Origin: Candidatus Woesearchaeota archaeon
GTDB lineage: Archaea > Nanobdellota > Nanobdellia > Woesearchaeales > UBA10216
DNA: 46,718 nucleotides
Direction: 5' to 3'
NCBI GenBank assembly: GCA_018303115.1
Contig: JAGVYT010000043.1
Coordinates: 1-46,718 of the forward strand
How positions within the stretch are numbered: the first letter of the stretch is position 1; the number at the start of each line of letters is the position of its first letter. Below the pieces are notes generated by a model. It made no database searches, was not told the origin of the DNA, and saw only the letters and a program-made list of their open reading frames with translations. The position numbers and the translations under genes were made by a program. This document shows positions 15,463-23,213 of the stretch, piece after piece.

Positions 15463-15670
15463 ACATGTCAGAATTTTCCACCAATATGCGGTTGAAGGCG
15501 AGTTTTGCTTGCTATAACGATTTTGCATGGTCGGAAATGTCAGAAACGAAGTTTCTGAGCACTCAAAAATCCGAAGGATTTCTGATGATTCTGATCATGC
15601 TCAAAAACCACTTCATGTGGTTAACAAGGAGGACATTCCCCCAGTCTTCGACTGGTGGTTTTTGACATGT
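15463..15670 (+). mobile_element. MITE-like 196-bp hairpin-rich insertion flanked by 6-bp direct repeat ACATGT at the rps8 start codon
   Basis: ACATGT occurs at 15463-15468 and 15665-15670 (period 202). Removing the insert restores the 12-bp palindrome TTAACATGTTAA, with the rps8 ATG 5 nt after the rps14 stop. Internal hairpins: 15540-15558 (8 bp, GAA loop), 15567-15581 (6 bp, GAA loop), 15606-15622 and 15641-15655 (6 bp, TTC loop). Termini are weakly inverted (CAGAA...CCACCA / TGGTGG...TTTTTG). Confidence 0.45.
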
Positions 15671-16056
15671 TAAACGACCCATTAGCAAACGCGTTGTCGG
15701 CGATATTGAATGCCGAGTCGCGCAGCAAGAAAAGCTGCTCAATAACTCCCGTGTCTGGCATTATTAAAAAAGTACTCGCCATAATGAACAATGGCGACTA
15801 TATTGGCAAGTTTACTGAAACAGAGACATCAAAGGGCATAGTGCTTAATGTGGAGCTGCTTGGCGCAATCAACAAGTGCGGGGCTGTAAAGCCAAGGTAT
15901 GCTGTGAAAAACAACGGTTTCGAAAAATTCGAAAAAAAATTCCTGCCTTCAAAAGATTTTGGTTTTATCGTCGTTTCAACCCCTCAGGGGGTAATGACTC
16001 ACATAGAAGCCAAGCAAAAATCCCTTGGAGGGCGCCTGATAGCGTATTTTTACTGA
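15667..16056 (+). CDS. rps8: 30S ribosomal protein uS8
   Basis: Track ORF 15655-16056 trimmed to ATG 15667 (MLNDPLANALSAILNAE, the canonical uS8 N-terminus). Confidence 0.93.
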   Translation: MLNDPLANALSAILNAESRSKKSCSITPVSGIIKKVLAIMNNGDYIGKFTETETSKGIVLNVELLGAINKCGAVKPRYAVKNNGFEKFEKKFLPSKDFGFIVVSTPQGVMTHIEAKQKSLGGRLIAYFY

Positions 16057-16063
16057 GGTTAAA

Positions 16064-16594
16064 ATGTCCGGAAAACTTGAGGAAAGCATAGAATTGCCTG
16101 AAAACATAACCGCTTCAGCAGAAGGCAGCGTGCTTACTATAAAAGGGCCTAAAGGCGAGGTAACAAGGGATTTTTTTTCAGAGAACGTAGCTGTTTCAGT
16201 TGTTTCAGGAAAAATAAACATCTCAGCGCCCAATGACACAAAGAGAGAACGCAAAATGGCAGGAAGCTTCAAGGCCCATGTTCAAAACATCCTTAAAGGC
16301 GTTGTTGACGGCCATCATTCAAAAATGAAAGTCCTTTCAGGCCATTTCCCTATTACCGTGTCAGTGAATGGCAGAGAATTCTCTGTCAGGAACTATTTTG
16401 GTGAGAAAACCGCCAGAAAGTTTACCCTGCCGGAAGGCGTGAGCGTTAAAGTAAAAGAAAACGAAATTGAGATTGAAAGCTGCGATAAGGAGCTGGTCGG
16501 CTCTGTTACAAGCTCAATAGAGAAGCTTACTAGACGCACAACATTCGACCGCCGAGTATTCCAGGACGGTATAGTGCTTCTCAAGGAGAAATAA
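16064..16594 (+). CDS. rpl6: 50S ribosomal protein uL6
   Basis: ELPENITASAEGSVLTIKGPKGEVTRDF; synteny. Confidence 0.93.
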   Translation: MSGKLEESIELPENITASAEGSVLTIKGPKGEVTRDFFSENVAVSVVSGKINISAPNDTKRERKMAGSFKAHVQNILKGVVDGHHSKMKVLSGHFPITVSVNGREFSVRNYFGEKTARKFTLPEGVSVKVKENEIEIESCDKELVGSVTSSIEKLTRRTTFDRRVFQDGIVLLKEK

Positions 16595-16595
16595 A

Positions 16596-17177
16596 ATGCC
16601 CAAAGAACTCATTAAGCTTAGGAAAGCGAAAAAATCCGGGAAACCAGCTTTTGCTACCCAGGACTCCTGGAAGAGAAAGCGCCTTCCAGCTTCGTGGAGG
16701 AGGCCGCGGGGCATGCATTCAAAGATGCGCCTAAAGCATAAAGGAAACCCAAAGATGCCCTCACAGGGTTATAGGTCCCCTAAACTGGTAAGGTATGCCC
16801 ACCCATCAGGACTTATGCCGGCTGTAATAAATTCAATGAAGCAGCTTGATAGCGTTACGGATGAAGGCGTTGTAATCTCGTCATCTGTAGGCATAAAAAA
16901 GAAGATAGCCCTGATAAAGGCCGCTACAGAAAGAAAGCTCACCGTCCTTAACCTCAATTCCTACTACGCAACTAAAGCAGAAGCAGCCTTTACTGAAAGG
17001 AAGAAGAAAAAAGCTGCTGAAAAAGCCGCCAAAATAACAAAAGAGCCAGAGGAATCCAAAAAGCCAGGAAAGGCTGAAAAAGAAGAGCCGAAGCCAAAGA
17101 AAGACGAAACAGAAGAGGAAAAGAGAAAAACTGCTAACAAGGAAATGGAAAAAATAATCACGAGGCGTGAAAAATGA
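16596..17177 (+). CDS. rpl32e: 50S ribosomal protein eL32 with ~65-aa Lys/Glu-rich C-terminal extension
   Basis: KPAFATQDSWKRKRLPASWRRPRGMHSKMR. Tail: ERKKKKAAEKAAKITKEPEESKKPGKAEKEEPKPKKDETEEEKRK... Confidence 0.92.
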   Translation: MPKELIKLRKAKKSGKPAFATQDSWKRKRLPASWRRPRGMHSKMRLKHKGNPKMPSQGYRSPKLVRYAHPSGLMPAVINSMKQLDSVTDEGVVISSSVGIKKKIALIKAATERKLTVLNLNSYYATKAEAAFTERKKKKAAEKAAKITKEPEESKKPGKAEKEEPKPKKDETEEEKRKTANKEMEKIITRREK

Positions 17178-17623
17178 TGCTGAAATCTCAGAAAAGGATT
17201 GCAGCGCAAGTTTTGAAATGCTCACCCAAAAAAGTAGTCTTTGACATTGAAAAACTCTCTGAGATAAAAGAAGCAATCACAAAACAGGACATAAAAACAC
17301 TTATTTCAGACGGCTCCATAAAAAGGGTAAGGGGCAACGAACAGTCAAGAGCCAGAGCCAGAATAAGAGCAAACCAAAGAGGGAAAGGAAGACAACGGGG
17401 GCACGGCTCAAGAAAGGGAAGGGCTACTGCAAGGCTTCCAAAGAAAAAACGCTGGATTAACGGAATAAGACTGCAACGCGATTTTCTCAGAAAACTGAGA
17501 GACGACAAGTTAATTCCAAAGAAGGCGTATCGAGAACTTTATATGAAGTCCAAAGGCGGCTTTTTCAGAAGCAAACGGCATTTAGAACTTTACATTTCAG
17601 AGCACGGGCTGAAGCAAAAATGA
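17174..17623 (+). CDS. rpl19e: 50S ribosomal protein eL19
   Basis: LKSQKRIAAQVLKCSPKKVVFD..., RGKGRQRGHGSRKG. ATGA overlap with rpl32e. Confidence 0.93.
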   Translation: MMLKSQKRIAAQVLKCSPKKVVFDIEKLSEIKEAITKQDIKTLISDGSIKRVRGNEQSRARARIRANQRGKGRQRGHGSRKGRATARLPKKKRWINGIRLQRDFLRKLRDDKLIPKKAYRELYMKSKGGFFRSKRHLELYISEHGLKQK

Positions 17624-18189
17624 AAAGGATAATTGCTGTCCAGTTCACGAGGAAAAGAAAGCAGGTTACGAACTACAGGAACCGCCTTAAATTACTCATG
17701 TCAGGGAAAGAGCGCCTTGTCATCAGAAAAACCTCGCGCAGCATAATAGTCCAGTTCACCAGGTTTGACGAAAAAGGGGATATGGTCATCACCTCCGCCT
17801 CATCAAGCCAGCTTAAGAAGCACGGATGGCAACTCGGATTGAAAAACATACCGGCAGCCTACCTTACAGGTCTCATGGCAGGCAAGCTCGCTCTGGCCAA
17901 AAACGTGAAACACGCTGTGCTTGACGCAGGAATCAGCACGCCTTCCAGTAAGGGAAGGGTTTATGCCGCCCTTAAGGGGGCTGTTGACGCAGGCGTCAAA
18001 GTCCCGCTTTCTGAAGCTATTTTCCCATCAGAAGAAAGAATATCAGGCATCCACATTTCAAACTATATGAACTCATCAAAATCTGCCAACCAGTTTTCCT
18101 CATATAAAAAAGCCGGCTTGTCGGCTGAAAAGGTAAAAGGGCAGGTCAATTCAGTAAAAGTGAAAATCACAGGTGCCAAAAATGGGTGA
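17620..18189 (+). CDS. rpl18: 50S ribosomal protein uL18
   Basis: FTRKRKQVTNYRNRLKLL..., IIVQF; ATGA overlap. Confidence 0.92.
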   Translation: MKRIIAVQFTRKRKQVTNYRNRLKLLMSGKERLVIRKTSRSIIVQFTRFDEKGDMVITSASSSQLKKHGWQLGLKNIPAAYLTGLMAGKLALAKNVKHAVLDAGISTPSSKGRVYAALKGAVDAGVKVPLSEAIFPSEERISGIHISNYMNSSKSANQFSSYKKAGLSAEKVKGQVNSVKVKITGAKNG

Positions 18190-18958
18190 AGAGGCTCAGG
18201 ACAAGGTTTCAAGCGCTGAAAAGGAAAAAAAGCCGGACAAAGAAAGGACGCTAATCCCCGAAAGGGCTTTTGATGTTGACAACTGGAATCCCAAGACAGA
18301 ACTGGGAATAAAAGTGAAAAACAAGGAAATAACACATATTGACCAGATATTGGACGCTGGCTTGCGCATTCTTGAGCCAGAAATAGTTGATGCGCTTCTG
18401 CCCGATTTAACAGCAGAAATGCTTATGGTAGGCCAGGCCAAAGGCAAATTCGGAGGAGGCCAAAGGCGTACATTCAGGCAAACCCAGAAAAAGACGGCAG
18501 AGGGAAACAAGCCAAGCTTCGGAGCGTTAATAGTCGTAGGCAACAATAACGGCTACATCGGCCTTGGTTACGGCAAGTCAAAAGAAACCGTTCCTGCCAG
18601 GGAAAAGGCGACGAGGAACGCAAAACTCAATATAACAAAGATTCTTCGCGGCTGCGGAAGCTGGCAGTGCTTCTGCAAATCACCGCACAGCATCCCTCTT
18701 GAAGTAACAGGCAAATGCGGCTCAGCTATAATAAAATTAATCCCTGCCCCAAAAGGAGCAGGACTAAGGACAGCTTCGGAATGCAGCAAGCTTCTGGCTG
18801 CAGCAGGCGTAAAAGACGTATGGAGCCAAACCCTTGGGAATACAAGAGCTACAATAAACCTCGTAAGCGCATGTTTTTCAGCTCTTAACAAGCTCAACAG
18901 AACAAAAATCAAGCAAAAGAACAAAGAGGACTTGGGAATTATTGTGGGGGCAAAATGA
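18173..18958 (+). CDS. rps5: 30S ribosomal protein uS5
   Basis: GQRRTFRQTQKKTAEGNKPSFGALIVVGNNNGYIGLGYGKSKE; synteny. Confidence 0.93.
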   Translation: MPKMGEEAQDKVSSAEKEKKPDKERTLIPERAFDVDNWNPKTELGIKVKNKEITHIDQILDAGLRILEPEIVDALLPDLTAEMLMVGQAKGKFGGGQRRTFRQTQKKTAEGNKPSFGALIVVGNNNGYIGLGYGKSKETVPAREKATRNAKLNITKILRGCGSWQCFCKSPHSIPLEVTGKCGSAIIKLIPAPKGAGLRTASECSKLLAAAGVKDVWSQTLGNTRATINLVSACFSALNKLNRTKIKQKNKEDLGIIVGAK

Positions 18959-19296
18959 TTGCAGCAATAAGAGTGCGGGGGAAAATAGGCGTGGACAAGC
19001 CGAAAGAAGACACGCTGCGGATGCTACACCTTTACAAGAAAAACTATTGTGCCGTATTAAAAGAGAATGAAGCGATTAGGGGAATGCTGGCAAAAGTGAA
19101 AGACTATATCACGTGGGGAGATGTGGAAGAGGGAACAGTAAAACTTCTTGAGCAAAAATCAAAAAAGCCTTTTATAAGGCTTAACAGCCCAAGAAAAGGC
19201 TATGGCAGAAAGGGGATAAAGAAAACCTTTTCCAAAGGAGGGGCCCTTGGAGAGAGAAAAGAAGCAATAAATGACCTGATAAAAAGGATGATTTAA
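18955..19296 (+). CDS. rpl30: 50S ribosomal protein uL30
   Basis: MIAAIRVRGKIGVDKPKEDTLRMLHLYKKNYCAV. Confidence 0.9.
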   Translation: MIAAIRVRGKIGVDKPKEDTLRMLHLYKKNYCAVLKENEAIRGMLAKVKDYITWGDVEEGTVKLLEQKSKKPFIRLNSPRKGYGRKGIKKTFSKGGALGERKEAINDLIKRMI

Positions 19297-19297
19297 A

Positions 19298-19786
19298 ATG
19301 GTAGTTAACAGAAGGAAAAAGAATTCAAGGCAACGCGGCTCACACACCTATGGCTGGGGTGCTATGAAAAAACACCGCGGCTCCGGCAACAGGGGAGGGG
19401 CCGGAAAAGCCGGAACTGGCAAGAGGGCGGACAGCAACAAGCCATCCATATGGCACATTAAAAACTATTTTGGCAAGCACGGATTTAAAAGCAGAAAACA
19501 CAGGCTAATGGCAGTGAACGTCGGTTACCTTGAAGAGAACCTTGAAAATCTCATTTCAAAAAAGCTTGCAAAAGAGGATTCTGGGGGTTTTTCAATAAAC
19601 CTGCAGGACATAGGATTCAAGAAACTTCTTGGCAACGGCAGAGTTACAAAAAAACTTACAGTAACCTGCCAAGCCGCATCAAACAAAGCAGTCAAAGCTA
19701 TTGAATCCAAAGGCGGCAAGGTTATTCTGCCAAAAAAGGAGGAAGTTCCTGATGAGGATAAAGTCAATACTTCTGAATCTCCCTGA
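19298..19786 (+). CDS. rpl15: 50S ribosomal protein uL15
   Basis: RGSHTYGWGAMKKHRGSGNRGGAGKAG. Confidence 0.93.
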   Translation: MVVNRRKKNSRQRGSHTYGWGAMKKHRGSGNRGGAGKAGTGKRADSNKPSIWHIKNYFGKHGFKSRKHRLMAVNVGYLEENLENLISKKLAKEDSGGFSINLQDIGFKKLLGNGRVTKKLTVTCQAASNKAVKAIESKGGKVILPKKEEVPDEDKVNTSESP

Positions 19787-21134
19787 AGTCATGGGGCCAA
19801 CTGAAAAGCGGCTTCCATTCAACGCGAAGCTTAAATGGACAGGCATTATCCTGCTGCTCTTCTTCATCCTAGGGCTTGTGCCTCTATTTGGCTTGGGGGC
19901 AAACTCTCTCGCGCAATTCCAGTTCTTATCCCTTATACTGGGTGCAGAGTTCGGCTCAATCATCTCATTAGGCATCGGACCCATAGTAACAGCCTCCATA
20001 CTCCTGCAGCTCCTCAACGGCTCAGGCATTGTGAAATTCGACCTGAACACGCCTGACGGGAAAAAACTTTTCCAAGGGGTACAAAAAGGACTCGCATTTG
20101 CGTTCGTTGTTTTTGAAGCAGGAATTTACGTTTTTGCAGGAGGGCTAGCCCCTGCTGCCGGCTACAGCCCATTCACCCTGATTTTCCAGCTGACACTTGG
20201 AGGCATAATGATTATCTTTATGGACGAAGTTGTAAGCAAGTGGGGATTCGGGCAGGGCGTAAGCCTTTTCATAGCAGCAGGCGTATCAAAGGAAATAATG
20301 GTAAGACTCCTGAGCCCCTTAAGCTCCTCAGGAAACCTCGCATTTACATCAGGCGAGGCTCCAATAGGAGCACTGCTTTCAATATTTTATTTCCTAGCGG
20401 CAGGGGATTTGAGAGAAGTAACTTCCAGCCTTGCAGCAATATTCGCAACTGTCTTTGTTTTTGTCATAGCAGTTTACACGCAGGCAATGAAGGTTGAGGT
20501 GCCGCTTTCATTCGGAAGAATTCGCGGCCACGGGATAAGATGGCCACTTGCGTTTATCTACACAAGCAATATACCTGTCATCCTTACAGCAGCTCTTCTC
20601 GCAAACTTCCAACTCTGGGCGAGGCTCCTTGAAAACAGGGGCATCCCAATCCTTGGGGCATTCGGACCTGGAGGAACAGGCGTTTCAGGGCTTGCCTTAT
20701 GGCTAAGCAGCCCAAACATAATAGGAAACCTAGTGCGGGGCATAGTAGCGCCCATAGATTTTGCAAGAGCAGGCACTTACGCCCTGTTCCTTATGGGGGG
20801 CTCAGTGCTTTTCTCAATATTTTGGGTGAAGACGGCAGGAATGGATGCAAGAAGCCAGGCAAAAAAAATGATGGATTACGGATTGCAGATTCCAGGCTTC
20901 AGAAGGGATGAACGAGTCTTGGAAAGCCTTCTCAACCGCTACATTCCCGCATTAACAGTCATGGGCGCCATCGCAGTGGGTTTTCTGGCAGCTTCAGCAG
21001 ACGTTTCCGGAGCACTCACATCGGGGACAGGGCTTCTGCTAACCGTTATGATAATATACAGGCTTTACGAGGAAATAGCGCAACAGCATGCCCTTGACAT
21101 GAACCCCCTGCTTAAAAAATTCATGGAGAAGTGA
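19752..21134 (+). CDS. secY: preprotein translocase subunit SecY
   Basis: Track ORF 19701-21134 trimmed to ATG 19752 (MRIKSILLNLPEV...). Ten hydrophobic segments; position directly after rpl15. Confidence 0.93.
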   Translation: MRIKSILLNLPEVMGPTEKRLPFNAKLKWTGIILLLFFILGLVPLFGLGANSLAQFQFLSLILGAEFGSIISLGIGPIVTASILLQLLNGSGIVKFDLNTPDGKKLFQGVQKGLAFAFVVFEAGIYVFAGGLAPAAGYSPFTLIFQLTLGGIMIIFMDEVVSKWGFGQGVSLFIAAGVSKEIMVRLLSPLSSSGNLAFTSGEAPIGALLSIFYFLAAGDLREVTSSLAAIFATVFVFVIAVYTQAMKVEVPLSFGRIRGHGIRWPLAFIYTSNIPVILTAALLANFQLWARLLENRGIPILGAFGPGGTGVSGLALWLSSPNIIGNLVRGIVAPIDFARAGTYALFLMGGSVLFSIFWVKTAGMDARSQAKKMMDYGLQIPGFRRDERVLESLLNRYIPALTVMGAIAVGFLAASADVSGALTSGTGLLLTVMIIYRLYEEIAQQHALDMNPLLKKFMEK

Positions 21135-21928
21135 TGCAAATGGTTTTAGAAATACTGGAACTCATTAAAGTGTTACCGCCCCTCTTTGCCATATTCTTAC
21201 TTTCATTTTTTATATCCCTTCTTATCACAATTGTCTACAAATTCACCACAAACCAGAAATTCATGAAAATGCTCCACCACGACATGAAATCCCTTAGGGA
21301 AGAAATAAAAAATATAAAAGACCCGGCACAGGCAGGGGCATTGAACAAGCGCCTTATGGAAAAAACAATGCAGCAAATAATGCACTCCATGAAATCAACA
21401 TTCATAACCATCATTCCTATCTTCATTATTTTCGGCTGGATGAACAGCAACTTGGCCTTTATACAGGCAACGCCGGGAGAGGAATTCACCGCGTCAATGA
21501 CGTTCAACTATGGAACAACAGGCACAGCATCAATACAATCAGACACATTGGAAATTATTGACAACACTACACAGGAAATTTCGGATGGTAAGGCGTCATG
21601 GAAGATAAATGGAGGGGAAGGGAAGCATGAAATCCTCTACACCTTCGGTAACGAAACTTACAAACGGGAAGTTATCCTTACAAAAGAGTGGAAATATGCC
21701 GACCCTTACCTTGAGAAAAAGCGCTCACTTTTGGGAGTAATCAACCTCGGGGACAAGAACCCCATAAAGCCCGAAAGCAAAATAAGAATGGTTGCGGTTG
21801 ACCTCAAGCCCCTGCACCCATTTGGCGGCTTTGAGCTTTTCGGCTGGCAGCCAGGATGGCTCGCAACTTACTTCCTGTTCACTCTAGCCCTTACGTTCCC
21901 AATGAGAAAGCTGATGAGAGTGCATTGA
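21131..21928 (+). CDS. DUF106 / EMC3-Oxa1-like membrane protein with a ~120-aa insertion between TM2 and TM3
   Basis: TM1, then a basic coiled-coil hairpin (KSLREEIKNIKDP...NKRLMEKTMQQIM), then TM2, a large loop and TM3 (GWLATYFLFTLALTFPMRKL). This is the usual archaeal position downstream of secY. Confidence 0.6.
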   Translation: MMQMVLEILELIKVLPPLFAIFLLSFFISLLITIVYKFTTNQKFMKMLHHDMKSLREEIKNIKDPAQAGALNKRLMEKTMQQIMHSMKSTFITIIPIFIIFGWMNSNLAFIQATPGEEFTASMTFNYGTTGTASIQSDTLEIIDNTTQEISDGKASWKINGGEGKHEILYTFGNETYKREVILTKEWKYADPYLEKKRSLLGVINLGDKNPIKPESKIRMVAVDLKPLHPFGGFELFGWQPGWLATYFLFTLALTFPMRKLMRVH

Positions 21929-22257
21929 CTGACTTCTAAAAATGCAGGTTAACTATAACAAATCTTCCACAAAACTCTTAAATGCTTTTATATCTTCTAT
22001 GATCACGCTGGCATCTTCGGTTGTCAACGCCTTTGCATAGTAGTTCACGGCAGCCCCTACTCAAAAAACTGCTTAACGAAATTTGGAAAAGCGTGGTCTG
22101 ACAGAAATTCAAACGCTGCTGCTTCCCTATTTTCAAAAGACTGCAAATATTATATTTCAAAATTATCGCATTTTCGGATGATGCTTGTGTTGCGAATTTT
22201 AAAGTTTCTAGATTCCAAAAAAGCTGCCGATTAAAAGCGACAGCTTTATATATTATC

Positions 22258-22359
22258 GTGGTTAATGAATATGAGCAAAGCTTTCTTGAGCCTGAGCTAA
22301 GGCCCGAATACAAGGCCAAGTTAGCTAAAATCATGAAAGGCAAACACCTTTCAGATTAG
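22258..22359 (+). CDS. candidate truncated antitoxin-like micro-ORF (33 aa, GTG start)
   Basis: Own translation: VVNEYEQSFLEPELRPEYKAKLAKIMKGKHLSD. It lies downstream of TATATATT (22248-22255) and 23 nt upstream of the RelE-like ORF. A +1 shift near the end would read ...LAFEKEAQ, stopping at TGA immediately before the toxin ATG. Confidence 0.2.
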   Translation: MVNEYEQSFLEPELRPEYKAKLAKIMKGKHLSD

Positions 22360-22382
22360 CATTTGAAAAAGAGGCTCAGTGA

Positions 22383-22586
22383 ATGTATTCTGACAGCTAT
22401 AGCGAAGAGATAGTTAAAAAACTGAAGAAGCTAAAAAAGAAAGAGCCGAAGCACTATTTACATTACGATATGAAGGGCATCAAAAGAGTCCACATAGGCC
22501 ACTTTGTCCTTGTTTTTTTGATTAACCACGTAAAGAGGGCGCTCTCTTTTGAAGACTATGACCCTCACGATATAATTTACAGATAA
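22383..22586 (+). CDS. RelE/ParE-family toxin-like protein (short, possibly degenerate)
   Basis: YSDSYSEEIVKKLKKLKKKEP... then MKGIKRVHIGHFVLVFLINHVKRALSFEDYDPHDIIYR, which resembles the RelE/ParE pattern (L.G....R.rvG.yRiiy ... hR..iY). At 67 aa it is shorter than typical members. Confidence 0.45.
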   Translation: MYSDSYSEEIVKKLKKLKKKEPKHYLHYDMKGIKRVHIGHFVLVFLINHVKRALSFEDYDPHDIIYR

Positions 22587-22630
22587 TGCCTTCCGATACG
22601 TTTTTAAACCAGCGGTTGTTGCCAGTTTCT

Positions 22631-22882
22631 ATGGTGTATAAAATATCCAGGTCGAGCCGAAGAGTAAGGAGAAACACGCCTGCGGGCAGGGCTGTTATTC
22701 ATTATGAGCCAAGGAAAAAGTCCAAAGCAACCTGCGCAAAATGCATGTCAAAACTCCACGGAGTTACTCATGGACGGGGCCTGGCTGCCTCAAAGCGCAG
22801 CCCTTCAAGGCCTTTTGGAGGGGTTCTTTGCAGCAAGTGCAGCAGGGCTTCTATTAAGGAAATGGTGAGGGCAAATGCTTGA
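22631..22882 (+). CDS. rpl34e: 50S ribosomal protein eL34
   Basis: Track ORF 22586-22882 trimmed to ATG 22631 (MVYKISRSSRRVRRNTPAGRAVIHYEPRKKSKATCAKC...LCSKC). Confidence 0.88.
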   Translation: MVYKISRSSRRVRRNTPAGRAVIHYEPRKKSKATCAKCMSKLHGVTHGRGLAASKRSPSRPFGGVLCSKCSRASIKEMVRANA

Positions 22883-23213
22883 TGTAGGCAGGCTATGCGT
22901 TAAAACAGCAGGGAGGGAGGCAGGAAAAAAATGCGTGATAGTAGAGCTTGTTGACAAAAATTTTGTTCTCATTGACGGGAATGTCAGAAGAAAGCGATGC
23001 AGCATTTCCCACCTCGAACCTCTGGCCGACACAATAGAACTGAAAAAGGGGTCTTCGCATGAAGAGGTTGTTAGCGCATTCAAGAAGCTCGGCATACTAT
23101 CTGAAGTTTCTAAAGTGAGAAGAAAAGAGAAGGCAAAGGAAGAAACAGCCAAGGAAAAACCAGCCAAGAAAAGGAAGGCTTCAAAAAAGAAATCAGAAGC
23201 GCCTAAGAAATGA
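22875..23213 (+). CDS. rpl14e: 50S ribosomal protein eL14 with Lys-rich tail
   Basis: KOW-like GRLCVKTAGREAGKKCVIVELVDKNFVLIDG; tail RRKEKAKEETAKEKPAKKRKASKKKSEAPKK. Confidence 0.88.
   Translation: MLDVGRLCVKTAGREAGKKCVIVELVDKNFVLIDGNVRRKRCSISHLEPLADTIELKKGSSHEEVVSAFKKLGILSEVSKVRRKEKAKEETAKEKPAKKRKASKKKSEAPKK

Noticed and set aside
15576-15596. C/D-box sRNA (TGATGA followed by CTGA in CTGATGATTCTGATC)
   Set aside because: The C-like and D-like boxes are only 2 nt apart, so there is no room for a guide. No second C'/D' pair or terminal stem lies at the appropriate spacing.
15465-15665. 66-aa ORF between rps14 and rps8 as a genuine protein gene
   Set aside because: No ribosomal or other protein belongs at this position in archaeal operons, and the sequence shows no motifs. 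The DNA is a chain of short hairpins flanked by a target-site-like duplication. I interpret it as a bridging reading frame within an insertion, not as a functional protein.
21978-22343. 121-aa minus-strand ORF in the DUF106-rpl34e gap
   Set aside because: Its composition is Cys-, Ser- and Leu-rich and non-protein-like, with no motifs. It overlaps the antitoxin-like plus-strand ORF and its TATA box. It is most likely a chance open frame in AT-rich non-coding or decayed DNA.
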